A DNA stretch of 64,000 nucleotides from contig OX597817.1 in the NCBI GenBank assembly GCA_951406725.2, positions 64,790,001-64,854,000 on the forward strand, read 5' to 3'. The DNA comes from Octopus vulgaris. Its lineage: Eukaryota. The translations under genes were made by a program, and so were the position numbers. A model generated the notes under the pieces. The model was not told where the DNA came from. It did no database searches and worked only from the letters and a program-made list of their open reading frames with translations. Position 1 is the first letter of the stretch; every line of letters starts with the position of its first letter. This document shows positions 39,345-52,165 of the stretch, piece after piece.

Positions 39345-39570
39345 TTAAGGTGGTGAGCTGGCAGAAACTTTAGCACGCCGGGCAAAATGCTTATCGGTAT
39401 TTTGTTTGCCATTACGTTCTGAGTTCAAATTCCACCGAGGTAGACTTTGCCTTTTATCCATTCAAGATCGATAAATTAAGTACCAGTTATGCACTGGGGT
39501 TGATGTAATCGACTTAATCCCCTTTGTTTGTCCCCTCTATGTTTAGCCCCTTGTGGGCAATAAAGAAATA
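39345..39570 (+). mobile_element. tRNA-derived SINE (family C, MetaSINE-like core) with 18 bp TSD
   Basis: B box gttcaaattcc; core gactttgccttttatccattcaagatcgataaattaagtaccag; TSD agaaacttattttatatt at 39327-39344 and 39571-39588. Confidence 0.88.
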
Positions 39571-42151
39571 AGAAACTTATTTTATATTAATTTTTGACAT
39601 ACTTTTGTTACCAACTTAGCCTTGACATTATTGTTGCAAATGTCTCATTTGAGTTATAATATTTTTGAGATCTTGTCTCTAAAAAGTTATTTGTGAGTTT
39701 GTAAAAACTGGATGTGAACTTAATGAAAAGCACATGAGATTTTTGTTTTTTACTATTGATATTTTTGAATGGTATTGTTTAACAAGAATATATCACTGAT
39801 GATAAAAGTGTAAGGAAGAAACTGACTTTGGGCGAACTAATAAATAAAGGTTTAAACTGATATAGATATTATAGTGTGTTTTATATTTATCTGATCTCTT
39901 CCTAAGACTTAGTACTTACAACTGTATGAAAGAAAGCAGGATAAATAAAACTAGAGGCTTGGGTCAGATGCTTTAATGATGATAATTAATCAAGCCAGAA
40001 GTTAAACTGTTGAGAACAAAAAATACAATATAATCATTTAGTAATGCTAGCAAATAATAGCTTAGATATAGTTATGTAATAATAATAATAAAGATTCCTT
40101 TAAGTGATATCCATTAATCAAGGTTTATTGCTGCCAATGTAACCACCTGAAACTGTTAGTAAACGAAAGCTAGTGTGCACCAAATTTTAGAAATTTAGTG
40201 TTTTTCAAACATCTATGTGCACATAATTGAAAGTAAGCTTATAAGTAATGCTTTATGTATTCTCTACCACTTAGTTTTATAACTCACGTTGGCCTGACAA
40301 GTAGACGTGAGTTAACGCAGTCAAACCCAATTTTTGCATGACTGTTGGTTAATGCATCGACTGTGGAACTAGATAATTGAGGAGATACTTTAATTATACC
40401 ATTTTTCTGTATTATTTCTCTCTCTCGGTCTGTTGACACTGTTTCAAGTGATTAAATATTTTTCAGCAGTATGATAGTAAATTGTAATGTATAGCTAGTA
40501 ACATAAGATGTTAATGTCCTGCTGAAATGATTTTAGTTTGCCAAATATTGCATTAAGGTTGGGTTTAGTGTTGTAACAAAATTCAGCTGAATTTTGATGC
40601 TTACCATGTTTTCTTAAAAACTTATTAAACCATAGTTCTAAAGAAATTCACTGTCTGTGGCATTTGATTAATGTTGGCACTAAGCAAAGAATTTAATTTT
40701 TGATTTAAATATGAACACTTAAAAGCTGAAAATTTTGTATCAAAGAGACATGGGCATGAGCACTTTCAAGCAGGTTGATATCAAAAGGGTTTTAAGCAAG
40801 AGATATTTGTTCTGGTTTACTTGATAGTTTTTTTTTTTTTGGAGGGGGGGGATTTCCAACTAAAATTCTGTGAACAATGTTCTTGGCATTGGCAGTAGTG
40901 ATCTGACTTAAATTCTTTACAGTATAATATGTGAGGTCTTGCTCCAGAGTTCAAATGTTGGTGAAGATGATTTCAGTTTCTGTCACTGTTAAGCTGAATA
41001 AAAGAAGAAAATAGGTACTAGTAACATATTGTGGTAGAATCATTGCATTTACTTTACAAATATAATTTTATTTATCTAGATTTGAGTAAAAAAATTCATT
41101 AAGTGGATATCAGTGAAATACAGGTGGCTACAAGATTATGTTTGTAGTTACTGCAAAGATTGGTTGGTTAAACAAAACCAGTAGATGGCAGGAAAATTAC
41201 TTTGTGGAATAAAGGTTGGAGTTTGAGAGAGAGAGAGCATTTGCAGGTTCTATTTTGATTTTTGCATTTAGAAGCTTAACCTTGGTTTAATATGTTATTT
41301 GTTGCCCACGATGGATGTGTTTTTTAGCCTAGAAAATGTTCCTGTTGTCTTATCCAATCTTGTGGTTAGTTCCTAATGTTCATTTGCTTCCTATGAAATT
41401 ATGACCAGTAACACAGACTACAGAGAAATTAGCTTTCATAATGTTTCCAAGTAAATGTTAATCATAACAGGAAATAGTTACAATCTTTATCTCAGTCGTA
41501 GTCTTGTTTCAATAGTAGTAAGTATAAAGTGGCTGATACTGTTGTCATTTGTGTTTTAATTAAAATTTAAAGCAACAAATAAACCCTCTCATTTCTCTAT
41601 TTCTTACTAAAATATGCTGTGTGTTTCAATTAAATTCTTAAATAAAAAATTTGGACTAGTTTCATAGAACTATTGATTGACTTATAAATGTGGGTTATTT
41701 TGACCACAATGGTTCTTATAATTTATTATGTAATTTTTGCCTTAAATGTATTTTAATTATAGATAAATACAGATAAATTCAGTAAAATGTAAAATTATTT
41801 ATATTTTGTTTAAATATCACTATGTAAAATGAACTATTAGCCTAAATTCAGCTGGATATATAACAGAATTGTGTACCTTATTGAATTTTCAATTGAAATT
41901 AGGCACATATAAGACTGAAGCCATAAAAGGTAAAATTGCCTGAAATACTGTTTTTGTTTTTTTTTTTTACAAAAAAAAGAAGAAAGAAATTCATACACAT
42001 GTATAAGTAAATGCATGCAATAATTTACTGAAATAATTAATGAAAATTTATCACTCACCTTACTTGTAGATTAAAATTACAGGTAAATAAAAAAAAGTTG
42101 AAAACAAAAATTTGAAAAAGTATTTTATAAACTTTTATTTTACACATATGA

Positions 42152-43323
42152 TTAGAAAACATTTCTATCATGGAAAGTTGTAAAGCATCTGGCTCTGCAT
42201 AATGCAGTCTTGCAGAATGCACATTGGAAAATCATTTCAGTTGACTATCTACTGGGTGCTTTCCTTTACTGATGTTCGCATTCTTAACACAGGTTTTTTT
42301 TTTGCCTCTTTCAGTTTTCTTCCTTTTTCAGAGAGATTAACTGAATTCAGAGGAATAGCTCTCTAGCAAACTTTTGCTTTTTTTGTCCTACAATTATTTT
42401 TGTTTTAGATAAATATCCCATTCTCACAACTATTGCAGCATCTACTTGAATTGCACAAGGATACTTTGCTTTGGAGCATACCTCCCCATTTGGTACATAA
42501 TTGAAAAAAAGGTATTCACAATACTCATATTTGATGTTATGTCAAACTATCTCCACCACAAATTACTTGGTCTACAAACCACATAACTCATTTGATTCAT
42601 CTGATCTACACCACCCATGTAGCTGTTGTAGTTGAGATTTACAAAATGGTGAGCCATTTTCAGTTAATTGTGGATGAGCACAAGTGGCTAGAAAATTTGT
42701 CTCTTTTCTCTGAATGCAGTTGCTAAATTTTCTTTCTGCTTTTGAATTATTTCATCTTCATTAAAAATTTTTTGATTTATTTGAAATATCATACAGTATC
42801 CTTCTATTTGCAATCACTGTGACACACATATATAGTCACAATAGCTTCTAAATCTACAGTAAATTGACAACCAAAACACCAGTCAAAAGGCAATATATAA
42901 CTTTAGTTACAGTGTAGAAGTGATAATTCCTAGACCACATTGTATTTTAGATCAAACTGACTTTTTTTCCTTGTATAAAAAGTAAAAAGTACAGCTGTAC
43001 CCTGTTTGCTTCATAAACCTACCATACTTTCACCCATTTTGTTTGATTGTCTGGAAGTGTATCTGGCCTAACTATCCCAACATCCCTTTGTCAACAGATT
43101 TTTTTTCTTTCCTGATTGGTAATATGATTTAAATGTCCTTTGTACAATAACTCAGAGGGTCTTATTTAAAATAAGGGATCATAATGTTCTCTATGTATTG
43201 GGATATTGCTTGAGTCTCATGTCTTGAAGCACTGACACCGTTTCAAAAACACATTCTTGTCATACTGGAGTTTTCATCTGTACTCCAGTAGTTTGTAATC
43301 CTAGGCTGCTTCCTAATTCCCAC
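42152..43323 (-). mobile_element. Decayed piggyBac transposase, catalytic core to Cys-rich domain
   Basis: GIRKQPRITNYWSTD, YDPLF*IRP, SVDKGM, YNSYMGGVDQ and FQCAFCKTALCRARCFTTFH. Confidence 0.85.
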
Positions 43324-46060
43324 TGAAGTTTTCCACATTGAAAAGACAGATCAGTTAGTGTGAAAGGAATTTTTAGTATAATTGCATCCTCTTCTTTGGA
43401 GCACCTAATTCTTAGCATAGTTGAAATAGGGCTTAAACTTCTTAAGCATTAGTCTTTTGCTATTGCATAGCCATACCTAATCTAAATTATTCATCAGCAT
43501 TATTGGGGATCTTTCTTTTAGCTGAAGATTCCAGGGAATTTTAAAATTTTATATGACGGTGAACTATTTTCTTTCTGATTGATAAGTGTGTATTGATTTG
43601 TAGAGATGACTATTTCCTTGACGGATCTACAACAACTGCTATTTGATGTTGCTGGCCTAACATTTTTGGGCGAGTGTAGCTCTTTCACATAACCTCATGT
43701 ATTAGTTATAATGTTGCAAGTTGAGGAATACTTTTGGTATTAATTTGTTTGCTATTTTAACCAATGTGCTTATAACAACCAGGTCCTTGGTGCCATTACT
43801 GTCAGAAAGAAATACTCCCTCGCCAACTTGTAAAATATAGACTCTATTTGTAGAAAGTTTGAAGATATAAACTTTGGTCCAAAATGATGATTATTAAGCA
43901 TATATTCATCAGCTTTTGTTCCTTTTGGGACCACTGGCAGAATCTAATAGAAGTCATTTGACAATAGCACTGTTGCTGCTTGGGATCTTATGTAACACAA
44001 GTCCTGCAATATATTTCCCAAGGCTTCCAGAGCTCTCTTGCATACTATTGTGCATATATTTCATACAATCATCTGATATCTCTTAAAAGTGTGTCTGTTT
44101 CTTGAATTCTTGGTAATGTTGTAAATAGGTGCATCACACGTGCTTAAGTCTAAGAGAAGTTTCAAAACAGAATGTGCTGTGCAGGTGTGTGGCAGCAATA
44201 TTTGATAATTGATGAAGCAGTCACAATAGCTGTGTTTTTATGTGAGGTATGACTTAGCTTTTGATTGATGGGAGTGTCTTTTCAGTTCCATTATGAACAT
44301 CAACAAAACAGATTTCAATGTCTTGTCATTGAATCCACTCAAAATTAGTAGAATAGACTGTTTTCTGATCTGTATTAAGTTTGAGTTCATTGACACTGAC
44401 AAATGCTATTAATGTAGTAACATTGTATGATTTTTTTGGAGATTTTTTGTTACTAGATTATTTGACTTCAGTGTAGTTAGGTTAAAGGAAGCTGTATTTT
44501 TGAAGCTCTTGGTCATTTTTATCTTTAAGCTTACTGATGAGGGCTGTGTTGTGTGTACTGCATTTTCATGCCAGGGTACATGTATTGAGCTTTATTCTTG
44601 ACACCTAAAGTAAGGTTTATTGTGAGAACCAAAGTTGAGGGATTTTAATAGTGTAGAAAAAAAACCCCTAAAACTCTCGACTGTTTGAGGTAGAGAAGCT
44701 TCTAACACTTGCATCCCACTGGGCATAATTCTTTAGCTACCCAAGTCTACATCATGTCTCTCTGTAGGTGGCACTTTGCCATTGATTATTTGATGAACTT
44801 CAACCTCACATTCCATGGATATCACAGAACATAACATTCATTTTGACTAGGTGTACAGTATATTTTCTTTCAATGGTAGTCAAACCTTATGTTAGTTTTC
44901 TTTACTTGTTTTCCATGTCTAGTAAGATGGAACCTGTTGGTACTGAAATGCTTTTGAAAAATGATCATACTGGCACAGTTGGGAAAAGCATGTAAGCATT
45001 GTGTCCTTTGAATGTTCTTGTTGCACAGTGGTTGCTTGAGTGAAGTAAATTTGTTGGTCATTTTTGAAGTGGACACAAGTTGTTGAATGTTGTGCTGTCT
45101 TCATAAATATGAAAGAAAAATAGCATTAGAAAGCTTCATAATTGCTGCTGTTCTGTCCCTTCTTGTATGATTTCTTTGTAGCTGTTTTGCTACATCACAG
45201 CAAACAGTACAGTATCAGGTTCCTTGCTGACATATTTAATGAACTTAATTGAATTGTAGAACACAACATTGATGTGTGTATTAAATGTCCCGGTTAGGAG
45301 TGTCACTTTCATACTATCCAACTGAGATTTGGGAACTTCCATCCCCTTGCATCCCTCTTTTGCAAGAGGGAAAAGCCATCTTCATCTGTTTGGGTTTCCT
45401 TGACAGTTGATGTTGGAAACTGTTTGGTGCATTTGTTGTCTACTGTGCAAAGTAAATTCCTGCTGAGGATACCTCAGCAACTTTGAATCTTCTGTTTTAA
45501 CAAAATAGAAAATCCTTTTGCTCTGCTAAGGACTGGAGACCACAACCCCAGCTGATGTGGAATCAATTTGATTGGGGTGACACTTATGTTAACCAGGTCA
45601 AAATGTGCACATGTTGTGACTCCCACTACTTTTTGACATTCTATGATATACATGTTATACTCGATTGGTCCAAACATTTGTCATTTAAGTCTCAAATTCA
45701 TCACCTCACCCAATTTTCAGTGTATAACTCTGACTGGGATATGCCTGTGATTGTTAAATTTCTGTTTGGAGTTGCAAATTAAAAGTATTGTAGAGTTGTG
45801 GGCAGCTGAAATGGCAAGTAAATTATTGCATTCTATGTTCGTTGATGCAACTATCGAGTGGTAATATTAAAACTTGAAGGGTGAATGTAAAATGAACTAA
45901 GCTCTTGACACATTATTATCGATTGCATATTGTAAATGTATATAAAAATCTGTCCTTAGTTCTTTTTGATGGGTTTTAATTTAGCACAATCTCTAAGATG
46001 GGCAGTAGTACTATGTTAATCTAATTTTCTACTAAAACTGCTGACTTGAAACTTGATTTC
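43324..46060 (-). mobile_element. Decayed Helitron Rep-helicase pseudogene
   Basis: In the expected order: HQKELRTDFYIHL, PSSF, MYIIECQK/HVHILTWL (HUH motif), FNTHINV...IKYVSK, VHFKNDQQIYF...LTCFSQLCQ, then PIF1 motifs TAHSVLKL, ALEAL...LQDL, DFY*ILPVVPKG and NLQLKERSPIMLMNNLD...LCN. Confidence 0.88.
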
Positions 46061-47329
46061 TTGGAATCACTTTCAATAAGATGCAAGAGAAAGGGAAACA
46101 GTAAGGTGAAAGAAGTATGAGTAGTTTTAGTGTGACAGAAGGAAAGAAAAAGTATAGGGGAGAAAGAAAGAGGGAGATAAATCAAAGAGAAAAAATAGGC
46201 AGGAAGAAGGTAAAAGCTTTGTTAGTAGTAAAGTGGTGAGAGAGAGGTGGGGGAAGACTGTTAGCAGTAAACTTTCAGTGATGAGCAGAAGTGGTAGAAT
46301 AGTAAAACAAGGATTCAGCACTGTAGTGGCAGTGAAGAGTTAGCAGTAGCTACATACTGTAGAAAAAGGGGAGGTGGACATAGACATATACAAACTTTCT
46401 CAAATATATATTAAATTGCCTCAAAATCCTCCTTGGTGTCAGAAATTGGTATCGGATCCCCCTGGGGAATAGTTAGTCTTGAACTGTACGCTTCTGGCAG
46501 ATTCAACCAGAGACTTTTCCCCTTTATTATGATACTTTTGACAAATTTAATTTTTGAAAAAAAAAAACAAATCTCACAAAATTGTTGATTATTAATTATT
46601 TATTTATTTTGTAGATGACTCTATTTTTATATTTTATATTGCAACAATACCACCATTGGTTATAGATTTCTATAGTGAACAATAGTGGCATTGGTTTATA
46701 GATTCTCCATGTAATGTGCTAATATCTGATTTGCTGTGCTTTAGAGGATGAATGACAAAAGTATGTCTGTGTAATATAGTACAGAATAAGGTAATTTTTA
46801 TTTAAAAAAAGTTTTTGTTTATCTTATTTTGCATCTTTTACTGATATACACTAGCAAGTTTCACGTGTGTGCACACACATATGTATTGGATTTCTGCACA
46901 GTTACTGTCTACTAAAGTTGACTTGCAAGCCATTGACAGTCTCAGACTGTGGCCCCAGTGTGTGGTTAAGTACTACATACTGTGATCAAATGTAGAATGT
47001 GAACTTCTTAACCACCCAGCCATGCTTGTGTACAGATCTGTAAAAAAAGAAAAAGAAAATAATAAAAAAAAAGCACTACCATTACCTTTAATGACTATAA
47101 TTTGGGATTGCTATGTTTTCATCAGGTGTTTTAGCATATTAAAGGTTATCTTGCTATTATCCATTGATTTTTCTTTTATTTTATTCTTTGACTGGTTCTA
47201 CTCATTGGACTGCAGCCATACTGGGACACTGCTTTGATGGAATTAATCAAAAACATCAACCCCAATATTTAGCCTGGTATTTATTCTGCCAATATCTTTT
47301 TGCTGAATCATTAAGTTATGGTGACTTAA

Positions 47330-47605
47330 CCCTTTAGCATTCAGATTACTCTGTCAAATGTGATGCTTATTTATTCACATTGTAGGGAAATAAACATGCA
47401 TTGTATTGCAGTTTCAATATTTTCATGATGTGATTGTTTCATCATCATCATCGTTTAGCGTCCGTTTTCCATGCTAGCATGGGTTGGACTTGTTTATTTT
47501 TAGAATTGCATTGTAGGTTAAGTGTGAGAGGCTGGATCTAGCCAATTTGAACATAAAACAGATGAAATATTTAGGCCAGATGTGGTCAGTTTAAATGCTA
47601 AGAGG
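47330..47605 (-). mobile_element. TTAA MITE (piggyBac-type) with a nested RTE tail and a duplicated end
   Basis: TTAA-ccctttagcatt ... aatgctaagagg-TTAA; (cat)n RTE tail at ~47440-47489 between ttgttt repeats; ~68 bp tandem duplication to ~47704. Confidence 0.8.
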
Positions 47606-48378
47606 TTAACACATTGGCTCCCACACGTCATGCTGGTTTAGGCCAGATATGGCCCAGTTTAAATACTAAGAGGTTAACATGTTGGCTCCCACATGTCATG
47701 CTGGTGGGTTGTAGTGGTATGTTAGCAAGTCCTGCATGACCCACCAGTGGGTCGTTCTTAATTTCTTTCCTATGGGTTGGAACGTGCCAATTGCTTTGAT
47801 TTGTGTTTCTGGTACACTAAGCCAACAATTTTTTTTATAGATTTTGTATATTTTTCTCCATTTTTCTTCTGATTTCATCATGTAATGAGGTCAAATAAAA
47901 GATTGAATATTGAGGAAATTTCATTTGCCATTGAAACAAAAATAGCTAGTTCTTTTTGAAAAAATTGGTAGATTTTCCAATAGAAACAGAAGGGAATGAA
48001 AAATGTTTTACTTAACATGGAAACCAAAATAGTTCTTTTTGAAAAGATTTTGAAACTTCCACTATTTTTAATTGACCACAGGTAGGTTGTTAGGTATCTA
48101 GGATGTGATATAAACTAGGGTACCACACATGCCCTCTGGTGGGACGTGGGTATCTAACACTACCTTTGTGATCCTTGCCTCACGTACGGTATAGTTTAAA
48201 AATATTACACCACTCATGTCAAAATTAAGATATCATATTGGGACTCTGGGATAAAATGTAAAATGAGGCCTGGGAGCCATGTGAAACTGATTGTCAATTG
48301 GTGGCGGGCAAGGACACGTTATGGACTTCACAATTTCTTTCTACTAAATTCAGCCACAAGGCAGTGGAGCTATATTAA

Positions 48379-49454
48379 CCCTTTCGTTACCAAACCGCTC
48401 AAAGCTGCCCGAAAAATTTTTTGGTTAATGTGACCAAACCGCCCAACCCGCCCGTATTTACCTATTCATATTTAAATGAGAATATCAGAGCAAATCTCTT
48501 TAGTACATTCGTGAAAACACATATATTTCGTAAACAGTTCATCTAAAGTTTTGTACAACAATCGAAGTGTAATTTTAATTCCGTGAATTTTGGGAGATTT
48601 TTTTCCGAAATTTGTTCCTATTGTGTTTTCAAAATTTGTAATTCTGACAAAAAATGGATACGAATTTCATAATATCAAGCAGCGAGTCAGAATTTGAAGG
48701 ATTTTCTACTGAAGACCTTCATAAATCTAACTCTATGACTGAAAAAAAAAAGCACGTGGTATTTGATAATGAATCTGATGTTTCATTTTCCGAAAGTGAA
48801 AACAGTGAATCTGAGAGCTCCGACAGCGATAAAGAAAATGAATTGGCACCTGAATGGAGTGAAAATTTAAAAACTGTTTCTTTCGGTGATTTTTCTGAAG
48901 AAACTGGACCAAGCCACAGACTTTCCCAGGAGAGTAAAACCTTAGACTATGTCTTTTTACTTTTTCGAATGACCCTATTTGAAATCATTACAGCGGAAAC
49001 GAACCGTTACGCTAAATGTAAACAAAGCGAAAGAAAGGATAGTTAGTGGTTTCCCACAACCTTAAATGAAATTAAGACTATTTTGCCATAAATATTATTA
49101 TGGGTATCAGAAAGTTACCCAGAATAACAAATTCAATTGTAAAATTTTGTTGTATACCCAATTGAATAACCCAATTGAATAACCCATTTTCTATAGCGAT
49201 GTTTGAACAAAATTTTAATAATTTTATATTTTGTTGAATTTACCTGTATCTACCTGCAATTAGAGTCACTTTGTGACAAAAATTATAGTATAGAATTGGT
49301 TGAGAACATTTCATTAAATTATCTTCCAAAAATCAAATTAATATATTGATAAATAAAAAAGTTATAGTTGTTTAATGAAACCAGACTAAATTTATGATTA
49401 TGTTAGAAATTAATTGAAACACATATTTTGGTCAGAAATATAGTAACGAAAGGG
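48379..49454 (+). mobile_element. Young non-autonomous piggyBac (internal deletion) inserted in a reversed SINE
   Basis: TTAA TSDs at 48375-48378 and 49455-49458; TIR CCCTTTCGTTAC; ORF 48654-49046 has an acidic N-terminus and ETNRYA, followed by MGIRKLPRITN at 49100. Confidence 0.93.
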
Positions 49455-49989
49455 TTAAAAGACATTTAGCCAGTGTACTATGCAGTGGTAAATGAACCTG
49501 AAATCATGTGGTTATCAAGTGAATTTCTTAACCATATAGCTATGCCAGTTCCTTATTTATGGATGTTTTCTCATTAGTTTTAAATTCACATCTCATTTGC
49601 CTCATCATTTATCTTTCTAATTCAGAAAATTATTCTTTGAAAGTGCTTGCTACTATTCTAGAAACAATTATTTACAAGTTATGCATGAGAAAATTGTCTT
49701 TAAGGATCCATATTTCTTGGCCCAACCATTAAATGCTTCATTCTTACCAAAACTTATTGCTGACAATATTGGTTCTCTTGCACATATCCAATAAGTGAAA
49801 AAAAAAATGCCATTTGGATATAGTTATGTCCTAGTAATTGAAAACCCTTTAGTAATACAAATCTTTTGTTGGAGAATATTTCTGACATGGTTAAAAAAAT
49901 CTAAAGAAAAGAGTTATTTTGTTGCCATAGTTTTTGAGCAGTAGTTAGCCAGTTTGCGGAGTATTTTAAAAGTATAATTTTTCAAACTA

Positions 49990-51259
49990 CTTGGCTGTTC
50001 TGAAAATAATGGCCGATTTCAGAAACAATTTTATTCTGGAAAAATTAACAATAGAAATGTTTTGATTAGTCAAAGTATGTGCTGTGAACATCTATGCATC
50101 TCTGTCATTGATCAACAAGATTATTTATGCCCTGTTCATAAAAACTTATTGGCTTTGATGCTAAGAAATCTTTGAAAGCTGATTCTACCTCTGATTTGAA
50201 CCTTAAAGTTTCATCACTTAAAAACATGTTTAAATGCTTTAAAAAATGGTAGTCAGTGGATGAAAGATCAGGAGGATGTGGTAAAGTCTCGTATCCCAAG
50301 TCTGTGAGTTTCTGCAGCGTCGTTCTTGCAACATGTGGCTTTGCATTATTATGGAGCAGAATTGGGCCACACCGATTCACCAATGCAGGTCTCATTTTTT
50401 GCAAGTGAGCATGTATTTCAGCAAGTTGATTGCAGTAAACGTCTGCTGTAATGCTCTGATTGGCTTCCAGAAAGTTGTAATGGACAACACCAATTGCAGA
50501 CCACCAGACAGTCACCATAATCTTTCGCTGATGCACCTTTGGCTTTGGAAAATGTTTGGAGTGCTTATCAAGATCAAGCCATTGACCTGATCGTTTACCG
50601 TTATCATAAAGGATCTACTTTTCATCACAAGTGACTATTCGGTCAAGTAAAAGATCATTGGTGTTTCGCAGAAAGAGCATTGAGCACACTTCAAAACACC
50701 ACACTTTTTGATTTTCATTGAGCTCATGCAGTACCCACTTATCGAGCTTTTCCACCTTACCAATCTTCTGCAGATTGCGTGAGACCATTGCAACACCGAC
50801 ATTAAGTGCTTGAGACATTTCTCTGACACTTTGACGTGGGTTTTGTCCAACAATTGCTTTCAACTGTTCATTGTCAAGACTGCATGACTGTCCTCTACCT
50901 TCTTCCTCTTCAAGGCTCTCATCACCACTACAGAATTTCTGAAACCACCTTCATACTGTGCAATCACTTGTGGACTCCTCTCTCCATGCTTTGTTATTGG
51001 CAGCAGTTTGGGAGGCATTGTGCCCAAGCTTGAACTTATGCAAGAAATGTAAGCAAAGGTCCTTTTTTGTCATGTTCATAATTAAGGGCACCTATGCTCC
51101 AAGAATGTTTTCTGTCTGAAATAAGTAGAATATTATTAAAGAGCATACATCAATTATTAAATATGTTGAAATTCACCTAAAATATAATTAAAATACTATG
51201 ATAAAATTGCATTTCAAAACACAACACTTGGAGCAGCCATTATTTTTGGAACAACCTAA
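49990..51259 (-). mobile_element. Near full-length decayed mariner (DD34D-type)
   Basis: KLDKWVLHEL, RIVTCDEK, KIMVTVWW, HNNAKPH, LPHPPDLSSTDYH; TIR ttaggttgttccaaaaataatggc with a degenerate partner at 49990; TA flanks; ~1.27 kb. Confidence 0.92.
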
Positions 51260-51934
51260 TATTACTGTTAATCTCTTTATATGATGAAAATATAAGTAGA
51301 AACACAGTCTTGTAGGTGGATTTCTGCTAGTTTAATTAATACATACTGCATCTTTTTGCATATACATGCACACACACAGAGTGAAATATGAAAACGAATA
51401 AACAGATAGTGAACTAACTTTTAGGCAGTTAATAAATTTTAAAAACTTTATGGGAAAAACTAAGTTATAAAATAGTAAAGATGTGAAAATACTTTGTCTC
51501 TAAACACTTTTCTCCTATCTTATGTAATACACATGTATATGAGCGCATAGGTGCAAAGCAGGGTATAAAAAAATATAGCATTCAAATAGCAATGCTCGAA
51601 CAAATATAGTGTTCATGAGAGTTTCACATAACTAGTCATCAGACACCAGTAAGCTGTTTGATAATTGGTTATGTGAAACTGTGTAACAGTTTAAGTTCTT
51701 TTACTTTCAATAAGACATTCACACGTATACATATTGTATGTGTGAATGTAGTTGTATACATATGCATACTGTTGTTTTGTCCAATGTCCTTTGTTAGGGT
51801 GTGATTTGAAGAGAATTTGATTTCTATTTCTAGCATGTTGAATGACTGTGCAAAACTTTTCCCCAGGGGAAGCATTGCACAGTAATAGTTTTACTGCTCA
51901 ACTCACTGTTGTATGGAAACAACTAAGTGGGTAG

Positions 51935-52165
51935 TTCTAGTGATACAGCTCAGTGTTGGTTGTAATGATAGCTTAGAAGTAATTGTAATGACATAACTCA
52001 GTGGTGGTTGAAATGAGACAAATCTTTGCCAATTTTAAAGACACAATTTTTATATACAGTAAAGTTTGTATTGAAACTACTCAGTGGTGATTGTAATGAA
52101 ATCTCAGCAGTTGCTGGAAAGTTACAGCTCAATAATGGTTGTAATGAAATATCTCAGCAGTGTTC
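51935..52165. repeat. Degenerate ~24 bp minisatellite (ctcagtggtggttgtaatga)
   Basis: About five imperfect units visible. Confidence 0.55.

Noticed and set aside
40230-40345. U5 or U12 snRNA
   Set aside because: Only short motif resemblance (aacccaatttttg); the invariant U5 loop GCCUUUUAC and the U12 5' sequence are absent.
48654-49046. Host acidic protein gene
   Set aside because: It is the N-terminus of a piggyBac transposase inside TTAA-flanked TIRs.
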